Shown here piece after piece: positions 26,712 to 36,650 of a stretch of DNA of 64,000 bases. The DNA is from Chloroflexus sp. Lineage in GTDB: Bacteria > Chloroflexota > Chloroflexia > Chloroflexales > Chloroflexaceae. The stretch covers positions 18,529 through 82,528 of the forward strand of contig NZ_JBMFNE010000014.1 of the NCBI RefSeq assembly GCF_049970315.1, given 5' to 3'. A program made the translations under genes and the position numbers. Under the pieces are notes generated by a model. It was not told where the DNA came from. It saw only the letters and a program-made list of their open reading frames with translations, and made no database searches. Each line of letters starts with the position of its first letter. Position 1 is the stretch's first letter.

Positions 26712-28793
26712 TCACCCCAACTGTTCCAGCAACGCTTCGGGTGTCGTGACCGGCAACCGGCAAGCAAACCGCTCACAGAGATAGGCTGTTGGTTGACCAT
26801 CGATCAACGTGCGTCCGGCGAGTAATGCCACCTGTTCAGCGATCGGATCGCCGGGTTCGGCGTGGGCGATCACCAGTCGGGGCCGATAGGCAGCGCGGGC
26901 CACCGCCAATAGGGCTTGAGTCGTCGGATGGCCGGAGGGACCGATAATGGCCAATTCGCGAGTCGGCCCGATCATCAGATCGGCAGCACACAACATGCGA
27001 CCGAAGCCAAGCGGAAAACGGATCAACATCGGTGCTACTTGTTGCAACACCTGCTCGGCCCGCGTAGCGTATAGATCATTGCCGGTCAGTGCATGCAATC
27101 GCAACAACGCCATCGTTGCTGCCGACGTACCCGACGGTGTGGCATTATCGCTGAGATCGCGCGGACGAGTCACCAATGCCGGCTGATCGCGCCCGGTATC
27201 AAAAAACATCCACGACTGTGCATCCCAGAATAGATCAAGCATCGCCTCGGCCAACTCGATGGCTGTTGCCAAATAGTACGTCTCACCACCAGCAGCGTGC
27301 AATTCGAGCAGTGCATCGCAGAGTAGCGCATAATCATCGAGAAAACCGGCCGGGCCGGGCCGACCATCCTTCCAACTGCGCAACAACCGACCATCAGCGC
27401 GACGCAGGTTTGCCAGAAGAAAATCGGCGCACCGGCGGGCAGCGGACAAATATTCTGGCACCCGCGCGCTCGCCGTCGCCAATGCTCTGATCGCCAGTGC
27501 ATTCCATGCGGTAATAATCTTTTCATCACGGAAAGGGCGTGGACGCTGCTCACGGAATGCACGCAGAATCGGTCGCGCACGTTCAACTGTCTCGGTAACT
27601 CGCTCAACCGGCACTCCGAGCCTTGCCGCGACTGCCGACGCCGAGCGTGGCACATACAAAATCGACTTACCCTCAAAGTTGCCCTGCCGCGTTACCCCAT
27701 AGTAAGCACCGACGATTGTCGCATCGTCGCCTAGCGCCAACCGCAATTCGTCCGGTGTCCAGACATAAAACGCACCCTCTTCGGCGTGGGCGGCGCCGGG
27801 TACCGGTAAGCTATCGGCATCTTCGCTGCTAAAAAATGCACCTTCGGGATGGTGCAGATCGCGCAGCAGATAGGCAAACGTTTCGTCGGCGATCTGGGCA
27901 AGGAACGGATCACCGGTGACGAGGGCGGCCAGATGATAAACTTCGGCCAACAGCGCGTTATCGTAGAGCATCTTCTCGAAGTGGGGTACTAACCAGCGCG
28001 TATCAACACTATAGCGGTGGAAGCCGCCCCCAACCTGATCGTACATCCCACCGTGAGCCATCTGTTCGAGGGTTTGGTGGAGCATCGGCAAAGCCTGCAC
28101 GTGACCTCGCAGGTGGGTTCGTAAGAGAAATTCAAGCACGAGCGGCTGCGGAAACTTCGGCGCATCACCGAACCCGCCGTACTGAGGGTCAAATTCACGC
28201 TCAAGCTTGGCCGCAGCCTCCATCAGCAGTGCCTCGTCAACGGTTGCCGTTTCGGGCAGTGGCTGAGCCAACAGTTTGATATGATTGAGTAACTCTTGGG
28301 CTGAAGCGGTCAGATCGTCGCGTCGAGTACGATAGGCTTCGGCGATCGAGAGTAACACCTGGCGCCAACTCGGCATCCGATACCGGTTCGCCTTCGCATC
28401 AGGTGGAAAATAAGTACCGGCGAAGAACGGTGTCCCGTCGGGAAGACAAAAGACGTTGAGCGGCCAGCCGCCCCGTCCGGTGAGCGCCTGGGCCGCTGCC
28501 ATGTAGATGCTGTCGAGGTCGGGCCGCTCTTCGCGGTCAACTTTGATGTTGATGAAATATTCGTTTTGGATAGCTGCAATCTCTGGATTGGCAAAACTCT
28601 CGTGGGCCATCACGTGGCACCAATGGCAGGCTGCGTAGCCAATACTCACCAACAGTGGCTTATCTTCACGTCGCGCACGTTCGAGTGCTTCTTCCCCCCA
28701 CGGATACCAATCGACCGGATTATCGGCGTGCTGTTGTAAATATGGACTGGCTTCTCCGGCGAGCCGGTTGAGTGGGCGGGCATCGGTGCTCAT
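26712..28793 (-). CDS. YyaL/SSP411-type thioredoxin-domain protein (DUF255)
   Basis: [58 protein letters not shown]. Confidence 0.9.
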   Translation of the reverse strand: MSTDARPLNRLAGEASPYLQQHADNPVDWYPWGEEALERARREDKPLLVSIGYAACHWCHVMAHESFANPEIAAIQNEYFINIKVDREERPDLDSIYMAAAQALTGRGGWPLNVFCLPDGTPFFAGTYFPPDAKANRYRMPSWRQVLLSIAEAYRTRRDDLTASAQELLNHIKLLAQPLPETATVDEALLMEAAAKLEREFDPQYGGFGDAPKFPQPLVLEFLLRTHLRGHVQALPMLHQTLEQMAHGGMYDQVGGGFHRYSVDTRWLVPHFEKMLYDNALLAEVYHLAALVTGDPFLAQIADETFAYLLRDLHHPEGAFFSSEDADSLPVPGAAHAEEGAFYVWTPDELRLALGDDATIVGAYYGVTRQGNFEGKSILYVPRSASAVAARLGVPVERVTETVERARPILRAFREQRPRPFRDEKIITAWNALAIRALATASARVPEYLSAARRCADFLLANLRRADGRLLRSWKDGRPGPAGFLDDYALLCDALLELHAAGGETYYLATAIELAEAMLDLFWDAQSWMFFDTGRDQPALVTRPRDLSDNATPSGTSAATMALLRLHALTGNDLYATRAEQVLQQVAPMLIRFPLGFGRMLCAADLMIGPTRELAIIGPSGHPTTQALLAVARAAYRPRLVIAHAEPGDPIAEQVALLAGRTLIDGQPTAYLCERFACRLPVTTPEALLEQLG

Positions 28794-28868
28794 GCTCCCT
28801 CCTTTCGATAGTAGGTACTGTTTGAATTGTAGCATAGCTGCTGCTCTAGAACATGTTTTCAACAGTAT

Positions 28869-28897
28869 TCGACAAAACCACTCGGATAGGGTATAAT
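28869..28897 (+). promoter_or_regulatory. Sigma70-type promoter of gyrA
   Basis: TCGACA, 17 bp spacer, TATAAT. Confidence 0.6.
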
Positions 28898-28952
28898 ATC
28901 AGATGGCAAACATCGCATTATGATGCGCTAAAACCCGATAATGGAGTAACCA

Positions 28953-31427
28953 ATGGAAATCGGTATCGTCCGTCCCGTCAGCATCACCAACGAGATGCGG
29001 ACGGCCTACCTCAGTTACGCGATGAGCGTAATCGTCTCACGTGCCCTCCCCGATGCACGTGACGGGCTCAAACCGGTGCAGCGGCGCATCCTGTACGGGA
29101 TGTGGGACATGGGCTTCCGCAGCAACCAGCCCTACAAGAAGAGCGCCCGTATCGTCGGCGACGTGCTCGGCAAGATGCACCCGCACGGCGACAGCGCCGT
29201 CTACGATGCACTGGCCCGCATGGCGCAGCCGTGGAGTATGCGCTACCCGCTCATTGATGGGCAAGGTAACTTTGGTTCAATTGACGGCGATCCACCGGCA
29301 GCAATGCGGTATACCGAAGCGCGTCTCGCCCCAATTGCTGAAGAATTGCTGAGTGAAATTGATAAAGATACGGTCGACTTTCGGGATAATTTCGACGGCA
29401 GTTATCGCGAGCCGGTGGTATTGCCAGCCATTTTACCCAATCTGCTGCTCAACGGTGCGTCCGGTATCGCCGTTGGCATGGCGACCAATATTCCGCCCCA
29501 CAACCTCGGCGAGTTGTGTGATGCCATTAGCTATCTGATCGATCATCCAGAGGCTACCGTCGAAGAGCTGATGGAAATTATTCCCGGTCCCGATTTTCCC
29601 ACCGCCGGACTGATTTTGGGCACGGAGGGTATTTTGGCTGCTTACAGCACCGGACGCGGCCAGATCACGCTGCGAGCCAAGACCCACATCGAGGAAGCCG
29701 GGCGGGGTGCGTATATGATCGTCGTTACCGAACTGCCGTACCAAGTGAACAAAGCTCGGCTCCAAGAGCGGATCGCCGAGTTGGTCAAAGATCGTAAGAT
29801 CGAAGGCATTCGCGATGTGCGCGACGAGAGCGACCGCAACGGGATGCGGTTGGTCATCTTGCTGAAACAAGACGCTCAGCCCAAGAAGGTGCTTAACGCG
29901 CTCTACAAGCATACGCAGATGCAAACCACCTTCGGCATCAATATGCTGGCGCTGGTCGAGCATGGCCGCCAGCCGCGCGTTTTGACGCTCAAGCGATTGC
30001 TGCAAGAGTATATCAACCATCGCCAAGAGGTTATTCGTCGCCGCACCGAGTTCGATTTGGCCCGCGCCCGTGAACGTGCCCATATCCTTGAAGGTCTCAA
30101 GATCGCGCTCGATAATCTCGATGCGGTGATCCAGACCATCCGCGATTCGCGCACCGCCGAGAGCGCACGCAATAACTTGATGCGCAATTTTTCGCTCACC
30201 GAACGGCAAGCACAGGCAATTCTCGAACTCCAACTGCGCCGATTGGCTGCTCTCGAACGGCAGAAGATCGAGGAAGAATATCGCGAGGTGATTAAGCTGA
30301 TCGCCGAACTCGAAGATATTCTGGCTAATCCGCGCAAGGTGCTGCATCTGATCAAAGAAGACTTGAGCCGTCTGAAGGACAAGTACGGCGACCCGCGCCG
30401 CACCCGCATTATTCCCGATGTCACCGGCGAGGTCAGCGACGAGGATCTGATCCCTGATGTGCGGGTGATGATTACCCTCACCGACCGCGGCTACATCAAG
30501 CGCCAATTGCCCGATGCCTACCGCACTCAGCGCCGCGGCGGGCGCGGCATTAAGGGCATGCTCACTCGTGAGCAGGATATTGTCCGCCACTTGCTGACCT
30601 GCAATTCGCTCGATAATCTGCTCTTCTTCACCGACCGCGGCAAGGTCTACCAGATCAAAGCCCACGAAGTACCCGACAGCTCGCGCACGGCCAAAGGCTT
30701 ACCGTTGGTTAACCTTGTGTCGCTTGAACCGGGTGAACAAGTGACCTCGATGCTGGCCGTGCGCGAATTCGACGCCGAGTATCTGGTGATGGCGACGGTG
30801 CGCGGCAAGATGAAGCGCACCCAACTGCGCGAGTATAGCCAAGTGCGCTCGAATGGGTTGATTGCGATTGGCCTGGAAGAGGGTGATGTGCTCGGTTGGG
30901 TGCGAGTTAGTCACGGTCACGAAGATATCTTGCTGACCACTGCTCGTGGCCAGACCCTGCGCTTCGCGCAGAGCGAGGTGCGTCCGATGGGACGACCGGC
31001 TACCGGCGTGATCGGGATCAATTTAGCCGAGGGCGACCGGGTGGTGAGTATGGATTTAGCCGAAGAAGGTGCCGATCTGCTCGTCGTCACCGCCCGCGGC
31101 ATTGGCAAGCGCACCGCGCTCAGCGAGTACCCGGTGAAAGGACGGGCGACCGGTGGTGTGATCACGATTAAGCTGCGCAACGAAACCGATGAAGTCGCTG
31201 CCGCCGCGGTTGTGCATGAGCATTCGCTGCTCACGTTCATCACCACCGGCGGGATGGTGATGCGTACCAGCGCCAGCGAGATCTCGCGCTTGGGTCGGGC
31301 GACCCAAGGCGTGACGGTGGTGAACGTCGCTTCTGGTGATCGTGTCGCTGCCCTCTCGGTGGAAGATCCCGATGAGAACGGGAATGGCAACGGCGCCGCG
31401 CCAACGCTCATTGATCCGATGGGGTGA
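28953..31427 (+). CDS. gyrA: DNA gyrase subunit A
   Basis: [33 protein letters not shown] catalytic Tyr, GyrA-box QRRGGRG, C-terminal beta-pinwheel repeats. Confidence 0.97.
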   Translation: MEIGIVRPVSITNEMRTAYLSYAMSVIVSRALPDARDGLKPVQRRILYGMWDMGFRSNQPYKKSARIVGDVLGKMHPHGDSAVYDALARMAQPWSMRYPLIDGQGNFGSIDGDPPAAMRYTEARLAPIAEELLSEIDKDTVDFRDNFDGSYREPVVLPAILPNLLLNGASGIAVGMATNIPPHNLGELCDAISYLIDHPEATVEELMEIIPGPDFPTAGLILGTEGILAAYSTGRGQITLRAKTHIEEAGRGAYMIVVTELPYQVNKARLQERIAELVKDRKIEGIRDVRDESDRNGMRLVILLKQDAQPKKVLNALYKHTQMQTTFGINMLALVEHGRQPRVLTLKRLLQEYINHRQEVIRRRTEFDLARARERAHILEGLKIALDNLDAVIQTIRDSRTAESARNNLMRNFSLTERQAQAILELQLRRLAALERQKIEEEYREVIKLIAELEDILANPRKVLHLIKEDLSRLKDKYGDPRRTRIIPDVTGEVSDEDLIPDVRVMITLTDRGYIKRQLPDAYRTQRRGGRGIKGMLTREQDIVRHLLTCNSLDNLLFFTDRGKVYQIKAHEVPDSSRTAKGLPLVNLVSLEPGEQVTSMLAVREFDAEYLVMATVRGKMKRTQLREYSQVRSNGLIAIGLEEGDVLGWVRVSHGHEDILLTTARGQTLRFAQSEVRPMGRPATGVIGINLAEGDRVVSMDLAEEGADLLVVTARGIGKRTALSEYPVKGRATGGVITIKLRNETDEVAAAAVVHEHSLLTFITTGGMVMRTSASEISRLGRATQGVTVVNVASGDRVAALSVEDPDENGNGNGAAPTLIDPMG

Positions 31428-31445
31428 TCGATTGCAGTGTTACGC

Positions 31446-31477
31446 ACTGGCGGGTGCTGCGTGCTGCACCCGCCAGT
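31446..31477. terminator. Hairpin between convergent gyrA and cupin genes
   Basis: ACTGGCGGGTGC / GCACCCGCCAGT 12-bp stem sharing the GCGGGTG/CACCCGC core with the REP-like units at 14096. Confidence 0.65.
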
Positions 31478-31486
31478 TTCGATCAA

Positions 31487-31828
31487 TTACCGCGGCATCA
31501 GGCCCCCGCGTTGGCGGTGCGCGGTCAAAAAGACCAACGGCCCGCGCAAGCAACGCAGCATGCGCTGCGCATTGCGCGGTACCACCACCGCCACGCCGGG
31601 ACCGAGTGCAATTGCCTCGCCATTGACGATCAATTCGCCCTCGCCTTCATACACGGCTAACAACACGTCAAGCTCGGCATTGACGTGTTCGGGAATCGTT
31701 GCACCGGTGCGCAGCCGCATCAGATTCACGTTCATCTGCTCACTATTCACGCTCCAAATCGCGCCGTCATGGCGTGCTGAGCGCACCGCTTCGGCTATGT
31801 CGATCACATGTTCCGGTGAAAATGCCAT
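31487..31828 (-). CDS. Cupin domain protein
   Basis: IPEHVN...VYEGEGELIVNGE...LGPGVAVVVPRNAQR. Confidence 0.8.
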   Translation of the reverse strand: MAFSPEHVIDIAEAVRSARHDGAIWSVNSEQMNVNLMRLRTGATIPEHVNAELDVLLAVYEGEGELIVNGEAIALGPGVAVVVPRNAQRMLRCLRGPLVFLTAHRQRGGLMPR

Positions 31829-31833
31829 TACCG

Positions 31834-33204
31834 CTATCCTTTCCGCTGCCGGATCAGAACACCTGCCAACAATCCCCCTGCAACCAGCGCCACTAGCCAT
31901 AATGCCGGGTTGGTTGCCGGCATTGAAGCCGGTTGTACACCAATGTTCGGCCTCAGCGCCGGATATTGGTCGATGACTCCATCAAACATAAGTGGCTGAT
32001 CGGCAAACCCATCACGATTGCGATCGTGCCGCCAGAGTTGCATCCCCAGCCACCAATCAGCCGGCCAGCCGCGTTGCCAATAGTTGCCGGCCCACACGAC
32101 CACCGGCGCTTGCGGTTCGCTGGCTAGTAGCACGCGGTAGTGTACGATATCATTGCCGCGCAGCGTAACTGCTGCATCACCGGTCAGCAGCGCTAGCAGT
32201 GTTTCGTGATTAGCAAACCGGTTGCGCTGCGCCGTCAGCGCCCCGCTGCCGCCAACGGTGATAGCGCGGGCATTGCGCTCAAACCGATTATCCTGCACGA
32301 TCAGGCCAGCACTATTATGTACGAGCAAGCCATCGCCACGCTGGCCCTCGATCAAATTGCCTTGCACCGTCACTCGCGCGCTGCCAGCCAATTTGATGCC
32401 AGTGACATTCTCAGTCAACGTATTGCGGTCGATCAGCACATCACTGGCTGACGGCAAACAGAGGGCTGCGCTGAAGAAGGTAGCGGTGACGCCAAGGATT
32501 GTTGCAGCGCCTGCAATGAGCGGCGAGACGATGCCGGTCTCGCTCCGGCTCACCACATTACCGCGCACCACACCACGCGACGCGTTGTCGATAGCAATGC
32601 CGATCTGCACCGCCAAGATCGTGTTTAATTCAACCCTCACACTGGGTGCATTTAGCAAGGCAACCCCAATGCTGTGCTCGCGCGGCATATCGTCCAGCGC
32701 ACCGATGAAGGTATTGTTGGTCACCATCACATTCGCGCCATTATCAACCACGACCCCGCGCACAAAACGCTCGAAGCGATTACCACTGATCATTACTGCC
32801 GCTGCGCGCACCAGAATCGCCGCATCAATCGGTTTCAAACCACTGCGCTGAAAACTGAGGCCCTGCACTGTCACTCCCGGCGCGGTAATGGTGAGCGTGG
32901 AACCCGCCTCACCGCCATCAAGCACCGCGCCATGCCGGCCACGCAATACCAGCGGACGGTCGATCGTCCATTGCCCCTGTTGCACGCCGGGCAAGACCTC
33001 AATCACCATGCCGGGATGGGCCGCTGCCAACGCAGCGCCGAGCTGTGCGTAATCGCCGCCGGCGCCAACGCGAATGAGCTGATAGTCGCCGCCCCACCCA
33101 TCATCGAGCACTGGCGAAGGCGCTGCTAGCGTCACCCATGGCAGCAGCCCCCCTAGAATGCCGACCACCAATATCGCCCGCCAACGCGCTATGTTTGCCA
33201 TCAT
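31834..33204 (-). CDS. NosD-like exported right-handed beta-helix protein with C-terminal membrane anchor
   Basis: Signal peptide, IDRPLVLRG...LDGG..GSTLTITAPGVTVQGL, parallel beta-helix repeats, GNYW...DRNRDGFAD motif. Start is 33204 or 33201. Confidence 0.72.
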   Translation of the reverse strand: MMANIARWRAILVVGILGGLLPWVTLAAPSPVLDDGWGGDYQLIRVGAGGDYAQLGAALAAAHPGMVIEVLPGVQQGQWTIDRPLVLRGRHGAVLDGGEAGSTLTITAPGVTVQGLSFQRSGLKPIDAAILVRAAAVMISGNRFERFVRGVVVDNGANVMVTNNTFIGALDDMPREHSIGVALLNAPSVRVELNTILAVQIGIAIDNASRGVVRGNVVSRSETGIVSPLIAGAATILGVTATFFSAALCLPSASDVLIDRNTLTENVTGIKLAGSARVTVQGNLIEGQRGDGLLVHNSAGLIVQDNRFERNARAITVGGSGALTAQRNRFANHETLLALLTGDAAVTLRGNDIVHYRVLLASEPQAPVVVWAGNYWQRGWPADWWLGMQLWRHDRNRDGFADQPLMFDGVIDQYPALRPNIGVQPASMPATNPALWLVALVAGGLLAGVLIRQRKG

Positions 33205-33243
33205 CGCCATCCTGCCTTGATGATGCGTGCTTTCACTATGGCT

Positions 33244-33313
33244 ACTGTAGACTAGCGAGCCTGCTTGTGCTGTGACTTTGTTCACAGCGAGCGCGTGAAA
33301 ACGGCTGTACAGT
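33244..33313. promoter_or_regulatory. Bidirectional Crp/Fnr-family class II promoter
   Basis: TGTGA-N6-TCACA at 33271-33286, with TACAGT -10 hexamers at mirror positions (+33308-33313 and -33249-33244). Confidence 0.78.
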
Positions 33314-33363
33314 GGGTATCAGGCGATCGCGCCACGACGCAAGCATAGAGATGACGAGGTGCT

Positions 33364-34470
33364 ATGATGATACTATCGCCTACCAACGTCTTCCGAGCCG
33401 GTTTTGCCGCCGGTGTGATAATGATGCTGACCAGCGCCCTTTGGGCTGGATTGCTTCGCATGGGATGGGCGCTGCCGTTATCATCGCTCACGCTGGCTGC
33501 GATTCATGGCCAGCTCTTCGTAGGCGGAATGCTCGGCACAGTGATTGGGCTAGAGCGAGCAGTCGCCATCGGGCGACCATGGGCCTTTGCCGGGCCGCTG
33601 CTGACATTGTTGGGAGGAATCAGCCTTTTGATGGGCTTACCAGCAATTATCGGCGCGTTGCTCATCACGGGCGGCAGCGTTGGCCTGCTTGCAATCTTCG
33701 CACTGCTGCTCAAGCGCCAACCGGTACGCTTTGTGGTCACCATGGCGCTCGGCGGGATGGCGTGGTTTGGCGGCAATCTGCTCTGGCTAATGGGGCAGCC
33801 GTTAGCGCTCGCGTCGCTCTGGTGGGCCAGCTTTCTCACCCTCACCATCTTCGGTGAACGGCTCGAATTAGGGCGGCTCCGCCACCTGCCGGCGTATACC
33901 TTCTGGAGCTTTAGCCTTAGCGTTGGCCTGCTCTGGCTTGGGTTGGGATGGTCGCTAGCGGATTACGCCAACGGCACGCGGCTTGCCGGCATTGGCCTGC
34001 TGGCAAGCGGTCTCTGGCTCTTAGCCTACGATATTGGCCGGCGCACGATTCGCCGTCCCGGCCTGCCCCGCTTCAGCGCAACCTGCATGCTCTCAGGCAG
34101 CGCATGGCTCACGATTGGCGGCTTGCTCATGGCGCTAAGCGGCGGTGTCTATGGCGGCTTGCTATACGACGCCATCTTGCACAGCATTTTCGTTGGCTTC
34201 GTTTTTGCGATGATCTTCGGCCACGCGCTGATCATCATTCCAGCTTTGCTCAGCGTTCCAGTCCGGTTCAGCGGCTGGAGTTACCTACCGCTCGGATTAT
34301 TGCACGTGTCGTTAGCGTTGCGAGTGATTGGCGATCTATGCATGTTGATCGAATTCCGGCGTTGGGGCGGAATGATGAATGCGGTGAGCATCATCGTCTT
34401 TCTGATGATCACTGCCACCAGCATTGTGCGCGCTCATCGGCAAGCATCTCCGGCCACGATGCCGCTGTAA
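33364..34470 (+). CDS. NnrS-like multi-pass membrane protein
   Basis: HGQLFVGGMLGTVIGLERAVA, IFGERLEL, LHSIFVGFVFAMIFGHA (conserved His residues); about 12 TM segments; RBS GAGGT. Confidence 0.65.
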   Translation: MMILSPTNVFRAGFAAGVIMMLTSALWAGLLRMGWALPLSSLTLAAIHGQLFVGGMLGTVIGLERAVAIGRPWAFAGPLLTLLGGISLLMGLPAIIGALLITGGSVGLLAIFALLLKRQPVRFVVTMALGGMAWFGGNLLWLMGQPLALASLWWASFLTLTIFGERLELGRLRHLPAYTFWSFSLSVGLLWLGLGWSLADYANGTRLAGIGLLASGLWLLAYDIGRRTIRRPGLPRFSATCMLSGSAWLTIGGLLMALSGGVYGGLLYDAILHSIFVGFVFAMIFGHALIIIPALLSVPVRFSGWSYLPLGLLHVSLALRVIGDLCMLIEFRRWGGMMNAVSIIVFLMITATSIVRAHRQASPATMPL

Positions 34471-34494
34471 TGCAGATGCACTGGTCATCATCGC

Positions 34495-35817
34495 TCACCC
34501 TGCATCAGGGGTCGGGGTCGGCTCAACCTCCGGCGACGGTTCTGGTTCAGGGGTAGGGGTTGGTGTGGGTATTGGCACAACCGTCACCGTTACCTCAGGT
34601 GGGTCACCGACGATGCTCACACCGCCGGGAAGTAACGGTCGCACGGCAAATTGGTACGTGCCAGGACCAAGGTTGGTAAGATCGAGCTGTACCACGAGGG
34701 GAGTTGCGGCTAATGCCGTCAATTGATCGGTCGTCCCGGCGAAGGTCATCTCAATTACGTTCGGTCGGACTGATGCTTGGAGATCGCCGCCCAGACCACT
34801 CAACGTCACTTCAACCGGTAGCCGCGCCTGAAATGGCATAGGAATCGGCATAACGGTGATCGTCACCTGTACTGCGTTCGGCTCACCTTGGGCAGGTGAC
34901 GTGCCGATCGGAATAATCAAGGGGACAATCCGCACAACCGTCTCACGGGCATCACTGATATCAATCGCTTCGGTCTGCAACAGATTAATCGCATCGAGCG
35001 GCCCAGAACTACCGGTCAGCGTGATCAGTGGTGGGTCAACAACAACATTACTGACGAGATAGCCCGGTGCCGGTGAGCCGATGATAATCGGCGATACCGG
35101 CACCAACCGCAGACCGACCACCGGATTGATCGGAATGATCACAGTAATAGACGCCGGTTTCACCTGCACCCCCTCGACCGGTAGGTTATTCGCATCAATT
35201 GGTGTCAGGGTGAGCGGTGCATTATACGTTGCTCGAAGCTGATTAATATTGGCTACCGTTCGTGCTGCACTCACCCGGATCACGCGGCTCTGTGGGCCAC
35301 TGACCGACACATTGGTGATCAGCTCGCCATTTGATCGCAATTCCGGTGTCCCACGTTCAAAGCTGAATGGTGGGGAGCCGACTATCTCGAGCCTAATCGG
35401 TACCGTTAACGTCACGAGCGGTTCTAGCCGAATATCAATCGTCGGTGGCTCAACCCCATTGGCCGGCACACTAAAGGAGAGATTGCTGCGCGTCGGTTGT
35501 ACATTCAGTGGTACGACATGATCGCCAGGGCCAAGCCCACTCAGATCGGCCACGACTCGAATATCAACCGGGCGTAGTTCCGAGCGTTGACGACGGTCGG
35601 TGCGCAGGGTTACATCAACATTGGGGAAGGTAGTGGTCGGTATACCGTTAGCATCCACGATGATCAAATCATCGCGTAACCCCACAACCTGTAAGGTCAG
35701 ATCTTCAAACCGTGCCGTCTCTTCTGGGTTCTCACTAAACGAGACAAATGACCAGAGGGCAAAACTCAAGCCAAACGCCAATACAGCGCGCAAGACAATC
35801 GAGTGCACACCATTCAT
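34495..35817 (-). CDS. cdaR: CdaR/YbbR-like regulator of diadenylate cyclase
   Basis: N-terminal TM (LAFGLSFALWSFV), repeated YbbR-type modules (PxxVxVSGP), overlap with the cdaA stop. Confidence 0.8.
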   Translation of the reverse strand: MNGVHSIVLRAVLAFGLSFALWSFVSFSENPEETARFEDLTLQVVGLRDDLIIVDANGIPTTTFPNVDVTLRTDRRQRSELRPVDIRVVADLSGLGPGDHVVPLNVQPTRSNLSFSVPANGVEPPTIDIRLEPLVTLTVPIRLEIVGSPPFSFERGTPELRSNGELITNVSVSGPQSRVIRVSAARTVANINQLRATYNAPLTLTPIDANNLPVEGVQVKPASITVIIPINPVVGLRLVPVSPIIIGSPAPGYLVSNVVVDPPLITLTGSSGPLDAINLLQTEAIDISDARETVVRIVPLIIPIGTSPAQGEPNAVQVTITVMPIPMPFQARLPVEVTLSGLGGDLQASVRPNVIEMTFAGTTDQLTALAATPLVVQLDLTNLGPGTYQFAVRPLLPGGVSIVGDPPEVTVTVVPIPTPTPTPEPEPSPEVEPTPTPDAG

Positions 35818-36650
35818 ACTGCCCTCTTCGTGTTCGACTCAAGCGGTATCTGCATCAGATCGGCCAGCATCGTCCGCAGACGTGACTCGGTCAGGTAACT
35901 CACCATCCGGCCATCACTGACCAGCGAGATAGCGCCGGTTTCTTCTGACACCACCACTGCAATAGCATCAGTCTGCTCGGTAATGCCTTTTGCCGCACGA
36001 TGACGAGTACCGTACCGTCGTGGCCCGGAAATATCTTCACTCAACGGGAGCACAACATTAGCAGCCAAAATGCGGTTGCCGCGAATAATCACGGCCATGT
36101 CGTGTAGCGGTGAGTTAGGGTAAAAAATATTGAGTAGGAGCGGGGTCGAAATCCGCGAATCAAGAATAACGCCACGGTCGGCGAACTCCTGTAACTGTGT
36201 TCGTCGCTCGATCACCATCAATGCGCCCACCCCTTGCTGCGAGAGCTGAGCAGCAGCCCGACTGATAACGGTGATCGTTTCGAGCAATTCTGAGCGGTTC
36301 GCGCCCCCAAATGGTCGGCCAAACAGATCACTCGAACGGCCAAGACTTTCTAATGCCCGACGTAATTCGGGTTGGAAGAGGACCGGTATGGCAACGATCA
36401 AGGCTGGTGAAATGATATTGACAACTAACCAGTTGAGCAGGGTTAATCGATCACTCGCGATCGAGGGCATCACCAACGCAATCACGAGTAAAATCCCAAC
36501 CCCACGTAGCAATTGGACGGCGCGTGTCCCGCGCACAATGCCCAACAGCCAATAGAAAAATCCTGCGACCAGCAGAATGTCAATCAGCGTAAAGGGCGAG
36601 GTGAGCGGATTCAGCCGCGCCCAGAGACGCTCGATCTCTATCATTGTCAA
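35814..36650 (-). CDS. cdaA: Membrane diadenylate cyclase CdaA (DacA), DMA variant
   Basis: Three TM helices, FQPELRRALE, SPLHDMAVII, GTRHRAA, VVSEETG. Confidence 0.88.
   Translation of the reverse strand: MTMIEIERLWARLNPLTSPFTLIDILLVAGFFYWLLGIVRGTRAVQLLRGVGILLVIALVMPSIASDRLTLLNWLVVNIISPALIVAIPVLFQPELRRALESLGRSSDLFGRPFGGANRSELLETITVISRAAAQLSQQGVGALMVIERRTQLQEFADRGVILDSRISTPLLLNIFYPNSPLHDMAVIIRGNRILAANVVLPLSEDISGPRRYGTRHRAAKGITEQTDAIAVVVSEETGAISLVSDGRMVSYLTESRLRTMLADLMQIPLESNTKRAV

Noticed and set aside
29433-30665. 410-aa antisense ORF opposite gyrA, and similar long shadow ORFs opposite uvrA, lysS, ftsK and the pentapeptide gene
   Set aside because: Explained by codon bias of strongly conserved genes on the other strand; no motifs or RBS support.
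31834-33204. Nitrous-oxide reductase (nos) operon
   Set aside because: No nosZ, nosF, nosY or nosL in the window; only the NosD-like fold is supported.
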